From Candidatus Limnocylindrales bacterium (lineage in GTDB: Bacteria > Chloroflexota > Limnocylindria > Limnocylindrales > CSP1-4): a DNA stretch of 42,373 nt. Below, piece after piece: positions 36,182-42,373 of the stretch. The stretch's first letter is position 1; each line of letters opens with the position of its first letter. Below the pieces are notes generated by a model. That model was not told the origin of the DNA. It worked only from the letters and a program-made list of their open reading frames with translations, and did no database searches. A program made the position numbers and the translations under genes. The stretch is taken from contig JBIOWA010000111.1 of assembly GCA_044868045.1 (NCBI GenBank), positions 1 through 42,373 on the forward strand, given 5' to 3'.

Positions 36182-36291
36182 TTCGAGCACCGCAACGGCA
36201 CTGTAAGGGCGTACGTGGGGCTGGCGGACCGTCGGTCACGCCGTTCGTGGGACGGTCGGATCCTGAAGTTCCCAGTACCGGGAGTACGGTC

Positions 36292-36570
36292 ATGACCCAG
36301 CAGACCATGCAGCGCGTGACGGGTGACGTCGAACACGAACACTCGCACCCTGCGGCCGTGCACACGCACGACCACTATCACGTCTCGCACCACCACACCG
36401 GTGGCCCCCTCGGCGAGTTCGAGCATCGGACCCACTACCACGAGCACGAGCACAACCACGCCGCCCTCGTCCACGCCCACGAGAAACGGAGCGAGGCGGA
36501 CGAAGGCAAGGACCACGACAGCACGGCCCACACGCACGACCACAACGCGCCGGCCGGGATGGGACGGTAA
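36292..36570 (+). CDS. Small His-rich protein (22 His in 92 aa)
   Basis: GGGAG RBS, alternating HxH tracts, 2 bp from the next gene. Confidence 0.75.
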   Translation: MTQQTMQRVTGDVEHEHSHPAAVHTHDHYHVSHHHTGGPLGEFEHRTHYHEHEHNHAALVHAHEKRSEADEGKDHDSTAHTHDHNAPAGMGR

Positions 36571-36572
36571 CG

Positions 36573-36878
36573 ATGGCCACGCTTGACACCAAGGATCGCG
36601 ACAAGCTTCGCTCGAGCCAGTTCGCGTACGTCGACAAGAAGGGCGAAGAGCACCTGCCGATCAACGACGCATCGCACGTTCGCAACGCGATCGCCCGCTT
36701 CAACCAGACCGAGTTCGAGAGCCAGGCCGCCAAGGAACGCGCGCGCAAGAGGATCCTGAGCGCCGCCAAGCGGCACGGCGTCGATGTCGACGAGGATTCG
36801 AACATCGCCAAACCGACACGGTCGCTGCGGGCGGCATCGACCAAACGCGGGCCTCGCGGCGGTCGGAAGGAAACGTGA
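36573..36878 (+). CDS. DUF6582-like small protein
   Basis: L..K.RD.L..SQFAY....LPIND.SHVRNAIARFNQ. Confidence 0.7.
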   Translation: MATLDTKDRDKLRSSQFAYVDKKGEEHLPINDASHVRNAIARFNQTEFESQAAKERARKRILSAAKRHGVDVDEDSNIAKPTRSLRAASTKRGPRGGRKET

Positions 36879-36880
36879 CG

Positions 36881-37042
36881 ATGGCGACCGACAAGCAGCG
36901 CGCCGCCGCCAGGAAGAACATCAAGAAAGCGCAGAGCGCCGCGAAAGAGAAGCGGACGATCTCGCATCTCTCGGACGAGACCAGGACCGCGCTCGGCAAG
37001 AAGGGCGCCGAGGCTGCCGCGAAGAAACGAACCCGCGGCTAG
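36881..37042 (+). CDS. Small basic protein (53 aa), absent from the ORF track
   Basis: MATDKQRAAARKNIKKAQSAAKEKRTISHLSDETRTALGKKGAEAAAKKRTRG; AAGGA RBS; 2 bp after the previous stop. Confidence 0.75.
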   Translation: MATDKQRAAARKNIKKAQSAAKEKRTISHLSDETRTALGKKGAEAAAKKRTRG

Positions 37043-37090
37043 CGTTCAGGGTATGTAGGCGCCTGACACCGGCCCGATACGATGGGGCGG

Positions 37091-37552
37091 ATGGAGATCA
37101 TCCGCCCCATCCTCGCGCTCACCCATGTCGGCTCGGCACTGCTCTACGTCACCGGTTATGCGAGCACCAAGACGCTGAGCAACCTGGCCGTCGCCGAGCA
37201 GGACCCGACGCGACGACGGTGGATCCTGGGACTCGGCGACAAGTTCGACTTCCGGTTCCAGATCCTCGGTGGCACCCTTGTCGCCCTGTCCGGGATCCCG
37301 CTCGCCGTGGCGAACGGCTACGACCTCACCCAACGATGGATCGTCCTTGCCATCGCGATCAACGTGGTCTTGATCTTCATGGGAGCGGGCATCTGGCGTC
37401 GTCGATCGATGGCCGTGCGTGCGGCGCTCGACGCCGGCGATGATGCGGGAGTCCTGACGCTGCTCACCGAACCCAGGGCTCGCCTCCTCGGCTGGATCGA
37501 GCTCGTGTTGCTCGTCACGATCATCGCCCTGATGGTGCTGCGCCCGGCGTAA
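37091..37552 (+). CDS. DUF2269-like four-TM membrane protein
   Basis: H in TM1, four hydrophobic helices, C-terminal LMVLRP. Confidence 0.7.
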   Translation: MEIIRPILALTHVGSALLYVTGYASTKTLSNLAVAEQDPTRRRWILGLGDKFDFRFQILGGTLVALSGIPLAVANGYDLTQRWIVLAIAINVVLIFMGAGIWRRRSMAVRAALDAGDDAGVLTLLTEPRARLLGWIELVLLVTIIALMVLRPA

Positions 37553-37661
37553 GCCGCGGAGCGGCGTGAACTCGTCGACCACGCTGCGGGACGGACTTCC
37601 GGCACGGGACTAGGATGTCGAGACTCTTCCTCTCGACACTGTCACGCCCAGGAGGCCTCCC

Positions 37662-39113
37662 GTGACCGAGACGCTCGAACGAGTCAAGACATACCAGCAG
37701 TTCATCGGCGGCGACTTCGTCGATGCCGCCGACGGCCGCACCGCCGAGGTAGTCAACCCGGCGAACGACAAGGTCATCGCCAGCGTGCCGGCGAGCGCGC
37801 AGGAGGACGTCGATCGGGCGGTGAACGCGGCCGCGAAGGCGTTTGATACCTGGAAGGCCACCACTCCCCAGGACCGGTCCCTGCTGCTGCTCAAGATCGC
37901 CGACGCACTCGAGGCCAAGGCGGACGACCTGGGCCGCCTCGAAAGCGCGAATGCCGGCAAACCGGTCGGCGCCGCGATCGACGAGATGCATACGAGCGTC
38001 GATCTCTTCCGGTTCTTCGCCGGCGCCGCGCGGGTGATGGACGGGCTGGCCGTCAACGAGTTCATGGCCGGCCACACGTCGATGATCCGGCGCGACCCGA
38101 TCGGCGTGGTCGCGTCGATCGCACCGTGGAACTACCCGCTCTACATGGCGACCTGGAAGCTCGGGCCGGCCCTCGCGACCGGCAACACGGTGGTGCTGAA
38201 GCCGTCCGCACGCACTCCGCTGACGGCGCTGGCCTTCGCCGAGGTACTCGGCGAGATCCTCCCGCCCGGGGTGGTGAACGTACTGTCGGGCTCGGGCGGC
38301 GACATCGGCGACGCGCTGGTCGGGCACCCGAAAGTCCGAATGGTTTCGATCACCGGCGACACCGCCACAGGCAAGCGGGTCGCGAAGATCGCGGCCGACA
38401 CCGTCAAGCGGCTCCACCTCGAGCTGGGGGGCAAGGCGCCGATCATCATCTTCGACGACGCCGACATCGAGCTCGCTGCCGAGACGCTGCGATCGGCCGG
38501 CTACTGGAACGCCGGCCAGGACTGCACCGCGGCCACGCGCGTGCTCGCCGGGCCGAAGGTCTACGACGGCTTCGTGTCGGCCCTGAGTGAGCAGGTCAAG
38601 ACCATCAAGTGGGGCGACCCGGCCGACGGCGACGACATCGAGATGGGCTCGCTGATCGCGAAGGAGCAGGCCGACAAGGTCGCCGGCATGGTCGACCGGG
38701 CCCGCGGCGGTGCGGAGATCGTGCTCGGTGGCAACCGTCCGGATCGCCCGGGCTCCTACTACGAGCCCACGATCATCGCCGGCGCCGACCAGACGTCCGA
38801 GATCATCCGCGACGAGGTGTTCGGTCCGGTCGTCACGGTCCAGCAGTTCAGCGACGAGGAGACCGCGATCCAGTGGGCCAACGACACGCCGTACGGACTG
38901 GCGTCGTCGGTGTTCACGCGCGACATCGGCAAGGCGATGCGCGTCGCCAAGGCCCTCGAGTTCGGCCACGTCTGGATCAACGAGCACTTCACGCTGACCT
39001 CGGAGACGCCGCACGGCGGCGTGAAGCAGTCGGGCTACGGCAAGGACGGCTCGAAGTACGCGCTCGAGGACTACACGTTCATCAAGCACGTGATGATCAA
39101 CACGGGCGCCTGA
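37662..39113 (+). CDS. Aldehyde dehydrogenase (aminobutyraldehyde/betaine-aldehyde type)
   Basis: [36 protein letters not shown]; AGGAGG RBS. Confidence 0.93.
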   Translation: MTETLERVKTYQQFIGGDFVDAADGRTAEVVNPANDKVIASVPASAQEDVDRAVNAAAKAFDTWKATTPQDRSLLLLKIADALEAKADDLGRLESANAGKPVGAAIDEMHTSVDLFRFFAGAARVMDGLAVNEFMAGHTSMIRRDPIGVVASIAPWNYPLYMATWKLGPALATGNTVVLKPSARTPLTALAFAEVLGEILPPGVVNVLSGSGGDIGDALVGHPKVRMVSITGDTATGKRVAKIAADTVKRLHLELGGKAPIIIFDDADIELAAETLRSAGYWNAGQDCTAATRVLAGPKVYDGFVSALSEQVKTIKWGDPADGDDIEMGSLIAKEQADKVAGMVDRARGGAEIVLGGNRPDRPGSYYEPTIIAGADQTSEIIRDEVFGPVVTVQQFSDEETAIQWANDTPYGLASSVFTRDIGKAMRVAKALEFGHVWINEHFTLTSETPHGGVKQSGYGKDGSKYALEDYTFIKHVMINTGA

Positions 39114-39257
39114 CCGTCAGACCGCGCGAGCGGCCCCACCCTCGCGGGGCTCGCTACCGAGCTGGCGCGCCTGATCCCGACCCGACGCCGCCGATCTTGA
39201 CCCGGCGCGGCCGATCCCGACCCCGCCCTGGTATTGCATGTCACGCAGGATCGGCAT

Positions 39258-39432
39258 CTTGCGTTACGTCTCACGTATCAACGGTCGCCAGGCGGTCGAC
39301 CGAGGGCTCGATGCTTGCATCTGCCACAAGAATCCGTGCCTACGGCTCGATCCTTGCGTTGGGCGCATGAGGTAGGCCGGTGTGGGTCGCGAGCCAGGCG
39401 CTCGGCGACCGTAGATGCATCTCGTGCAAGGC
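39258..39432. repeat. Palindromic MITE/REP-like element, copy 2
   Basis: CTTGC..GTATCAACGGTCGCC / GGCGACCGTAGATGC..TGCAAGGC termini, between convergent genes. Confidence 0.65.
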
Positions 39433-39440
39433 CATCGCGC

Positions 39441-40391
39441 TCAGACCGTCGAGAGCTCCAATTCCGAGCGGATCTCGCCCAGCCGCTCGATGGTCTCGAT
39501 GTCGAACGGCTCGCGGAAGACGAACATGACCTCGCCGACGCCGTTCTGTCGGTAGCGATCGAGGTAGGCCGCGACCTCCTCGGGCGGACCGCCGACGGTC
39601 AGGCCGCCATCCGTGCCGTCCGACCCGAGTTTGCCGACCAGACCGTGTCGTTGGGCGATGGCCTCCCAGGCCGCGACCGCCTCGGCCCTCGTATCTCGCA
39701 CGACGATCTGCGTCGTCACGGTCCGCTCGATCGACTCGAACGGCCGGCCGACTCCCTCGCAACGCTCGCGGAGCACCTCTGAGGTCGCCGCGATCCGCTC
39801 CGGGTTGCCGTATCCGTTCCAGAGATCCGCGTACAGCGCCGTAGTCCGGAGCGTCTTGGTCGGCCCCGAGCCGCCGATCAGGATGGGCAGCCGCCGCTGG
39901 ATCGGGCGCGGCGTGCACAACGCGTCCTGCAGGTCGAAAAACCGGCCGTGATGCGTCACTCGCTCCCCGTCGAGCAGGCGACGGATGATCTGGGCGGCCT
40001 CGTCCAGCCGATCGAGCCGCTCGCCGAAGCCGGCACCGAAGTCGATCCCGAAGGCGTCATGCTCGCGCTTGAACCAGCCGCCACCGAGACCGACGACCGC
40101 GCGACCGTCGGAGATGTGATCGAGGGTCGTCGCGAGCTTGGCGATGAGCCCTGGTTTCCGGAACGTGGTCGACGAAACGAGCAGGCCGAGGCGGACTCGC
40201 GGGATCAGCGCGGCGGTGGCCGCCAGCGCCGTCCAGCCCTCGAGCTTCGGGTCGCGCCAATCCGCCTCATCGGACAGGAGGTGATCGTCAAGCCAGATCG
40301 AATCCCAACCCGCCCGCTCGACGGCGAGGCAGGCGTCTCGCAGCTCGGGCCACAGGGTGCGTTGGATCCAGAAAGCCGCCCCGAGCCGCAT
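39441..40391 (-). CDS. LLM-class flavin (probably F420)-dependent oxidoreductase
   Basis: WLDDH, EGWTALAA, TLDHISDGR..GLGGGW..EH, ILIGGSG. Confidence 0.9.
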   Translation of the reverse strand: MRLGAAFWIQRTLWPELRDACLAVERAGWDSIWLDDHLLSDEADWRDPKLEGWTALAATAALIPRVRLGLLVSSTTFRKPGLIAKLATTLDHISDGRAVVGLGGGWFKREHDAFGIDFGAGFGERLDRLDEAAQIIRRLLDGERVTHHGRFFDLQDALCTPRPIQRRLPILIGGSGPTKTLRTTALYADLWNGYGNPERIAATSEVLRERCEGVGRPFESIERTVTTQIVVRDTRAEAVAAWEAIAQRHGLVGKLGSDGTDGGLTVGGPPEEVAAYLDRYRQNGVGEVMFVFREPFDIETIERLGEIRSELELSTV

Positions 40392-40399
40392 CCGCGTCG

Positions 40400-41113
40400 T
40401 CAGGCGTCGAGGTTCGACAGGAAGCGGAAGACCGGTGTCGCGGTCGCGTACGCCCTCGCGAGGATGTCCGGCAGGCCCGGCGAATAGACCTCATCGTCGG
40501 ATAGCCGCCGCCCGAACACGATGTCCTTGTAGCGGAGCATGTCGGCCATGGGGTGGTCAGGCGGGAACCCGGGTGGCACGCGTTTGAGGGTATCGTGGCT
40601 CTCGACAGGTCCGAACTCGGCGATGAAGGCCGGGTCCTCAAGCGCATCGCGCACCCGCTGTTCGTCGTCGAGGATCGACTGCCGGAACGCGTCGAGGAGC
40701 GGCTTGGACGCATGCCACATGCCGCCACCGGCGAAATTCTCGCCCGGCTGGAGGTGGAAGTACGCGCCGTTGCGATGTTCGGTGTGCGAGATCGACGCGT
40801 CGCCGCCCGACTCCTCGACCCAGGGAAAGCTCGCCCCCATATGGGTTTTGTACGGCGACTTGTCCTTCGCGAACCGGGTGTCGCGGTAGATCCGGAAGAT
40901 CGACGTCTTCGGGTCGGCCTGGAGCGGCAATCGATGCGCCGCGAAGCGCTCGGCGAGTGCCGCCACGAAGTCCTCCATCGGCTCCTTGAGGAGGCGCTCG
41001 TAGTCAGCCTTGCGCGGTTGGAACCACCCGCGATCGTTGTTCTGGGCCAGGTCCGCAAGGAACTCGATGGCTTCGGGTCGGAAGCCGGTGAACCGATTGG
41101 TTTCGACGACCAT
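40400..41113 (-). CDS. DUF2461 family protein
   Basis: L..NNDRGWF, IFRIYRDTRFAKDKSPYK, LKRVP; GAGGAGG RBS. Confidence 0.9.
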   Translation of the reverse strand: MVVETNRFTGFRPEAIEFLADLAQNNDRGWFQPRKADYERLLKEPMEDFVAALAERFAAHRLPLQADPKTSIFRIYRDTRFAKDKSPYKTHMGASFPWVEESGGDASISHTEHRNGAYFHLQPGENFAGGGMWHASKPLLDAFRQSILDDEQRVRDALEDPAFIAEFGPVESHDTLKRVPPGFPPDHPMADMLRYKDIVFGRRLSDDEVYSPGLPDILARAYATATPVFRFLSNLDA

Positions 41114-41204
41114 GACGGGTCCTCCTCGGGGGCGAACCCGAATCCTACGCGGTCGAGATCACCACGCGATCACTTGCTGTTGCACCGCCGCTATCCTGCG
41201 GCTC

Positions 41205-42125
41205 GTGTCGGACTCACCGAGTATCCCCTTTGCGGCGCGCGAGGCGATCCTGGTCTGGTACGCAGTCAAAGGCCGGCGACTCGCCTTCCGCGAGACGTCC
41301 GACCCGTACGCGATCCTCGTTTCGGAGGCGATGGCCCAGCAGACGCAGGCGTCAAGGGCAGCCGACCACTGGCGGCGCTTCGTTGTGCGATTCCCGACCG
41401 TAGCCGCCCTCGCGGGCTCGAGCTACGCCGACGCCCAACGTGCGTGGCAGGGTCTCGGCTACAACCGCCGAGCGCTGGCGCTGTGGCGGGCGGCACGCGT
41501 CATCCAGAACGAACACGGCGGTCGCGTCCCCGACTCGGTCGAGTTGCTGGAAACGCTGCCCGGCGTCGGTTCGTACACCGCTCGGGCCGTGGCGGCCATC
41601 GCCTTCGGCCGTCCGGTCGGGGCAGTCGACGTCAACGTCCGCCGCGTGCTTGGTCGCATACTCGGGCGCGATCACGATGCGCTCCCGAAACGTCAGATGC
41701 AGGCCATCGCCGACGACGCGGTCCCGCCAGGAATGGCTGCGAAATGGACGCACGCAGTGATGGATGTCGGCGCGACGCTGTGCCGCCCTCGTGAGCCGCG
41801 CTGCGAGGAATGCCCGGCGCGGCAGTGGTGCCGTTACGCGACTGCCAGGGGAGCGGAGGCGGATCATCCGGCGAAGGCCTCAACGACCAAGCGCAACAGC
41901 ACGCCAGCGTTCGCCTCGACCAACCGCTGGCTGCGGGGCCGCATCCTTGATCGACTCCGAGCCGTCGCGGACGATGGCTGGCTCACGATGGATGCCGCGA
42001 TCGGCTTGCACGACGCCGACCGGGTTCGCGCCGCGGCCTCTGCGATGGCCGGGGAGGGCCTGATCGAGTTCGACGTCGAAGCTCGCGAGGCCGGTCTCAT
42101 CCGCGCACGACTCGCGACGCGCTGA
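41205..42125 (+). CDS. mutY: A/G-specific adenine glycosylase (short form, no NUDIX-like domain seen)
   Basis: ILVSEAMAQQT, WQGLGYNRRA, LPGVGSYTA, VDVNVRRV, C-X6-C-X2-C-X5-C Fe-S motif. Confidence 0.92.
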   Translation: MSDSPSIPFAAREAILVWYAVKGRRLAFRETSDPYAILVSEAMAQQTQASRAADHWRRFVVRFPTVAALAGSSYADAQRAWQGLGYNRRALALWRAARVIQNEHGGRVPDSVELLETLPGVGSYTARAVAAIAFGRPVGAVDVNVRRVLGRILGRDHDALPKRQMQAIADDAVPPGMAAKWTHAVMDVGATLCRPREPRCEECPARQWCRYATARGAEADHPAKASTTKRNSTPAFASTNRWLRGRILDRLRAVADDGWLTMDAAIGLHDADRVRAAASAMAGEGLIEFDVEAREAGLIRARLATR

Positions 42126-42170
42126 TCTCTGTACGACCCCGAAACCGCCGTGGGCTACGCTTGGCACGCC

Positions 42171-42373
42171 ATGGGCCCCACCGCCGCGACCCCCGACCCA
42201 GCCGTATCCCGGCTCCCGGGCGACGACCCCGAGCTGTTCGAGCTCGACCTGCGCGGCCTTCGCTTGCGCTGGGCCGACCGAGCGGCGATGAGCGCGATCG
42301 GGGCCGAGGCGATGCGCGGCGCCGATCGCCGTGCCCAGGCCCTCGGTGTTCCCGAGGAGCGGTTGATGGAGCA
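42171..42373 (+). CDS. YjeF_N / NAD(P)H-hydrate epimerase, 3' partial
   Basis: AEAMRGADRRAQALGVPEERLME matches the YjeF_N start; runs off the window. Confidence 0.7.
   Translation, partial: MGPTAATPDPAVSRLPGDDPELFELDLRGLRLRWADRAAMSAIGAEAMRGADRRAQALGVPEERLME

Noticed and set aside
34064-39089. Long antisense ORFs (708 aa, 522 aa and similar elsewhere)
   Set aside because: Shadow frames of well-supported plus-strand genes, expected from GC-biased codon usage

Overview
High-GC bacterial DNA. Gene content and style suggest Chloroflexota, possibly Limnocylindria-like (inference only). There are three zones. (1) 1-4243: end of a copper/thiol-redox cluster (TlpA-like redoxin, BNR-repeat protein, CopC-CopD multidomain fusion) ending in a decayed tyrosine integrase next to tRNA-Gln(CTG). 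(2) 4312-24343: a ~20 kb integrase-less island bounded by two direct, full-length tRNA-Gln(CTG) copies. The left copy is intact; the right copy has a damaged T-arm but sits behind a -10 box. The island carries a translationally coupled heme operon (HTH regulator, hemA, hemCD, hemB, chdC, hemL, hemE, hemH) that lacks cgoX/hemY and ends about 200 bp before a tRNA-Thr 3' scar. It also carries a decayed MFS gene, an intact IS481, an atypical response regulator with a truncated globin and DUF1622, a Cys-rich regulator with trpS, and a secreted His-bundle protein followed by folE, a RibD-like reductase and a ferredoxin reductase. (3) 24400-42373: mostly core-like genes (LCP, M15 peptidase, AcuI, dodecin, hydrolases, TPP riboswitch ABC genes, glycosyltransferase, aldehyde dehydrogenase, LLM, DUF2461, mutY, start of nnr). 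This zone also has two copies of a ~180 bp palindromic element and a small-protein operon with a 22-His protein. Best candidate for an undescribed system: the BldC/MerR-like HTH plus globin-like regulator with a 10-bp-phased operator heading the island heme operon. All product calls come from motif recognition by eye; no searches were run.
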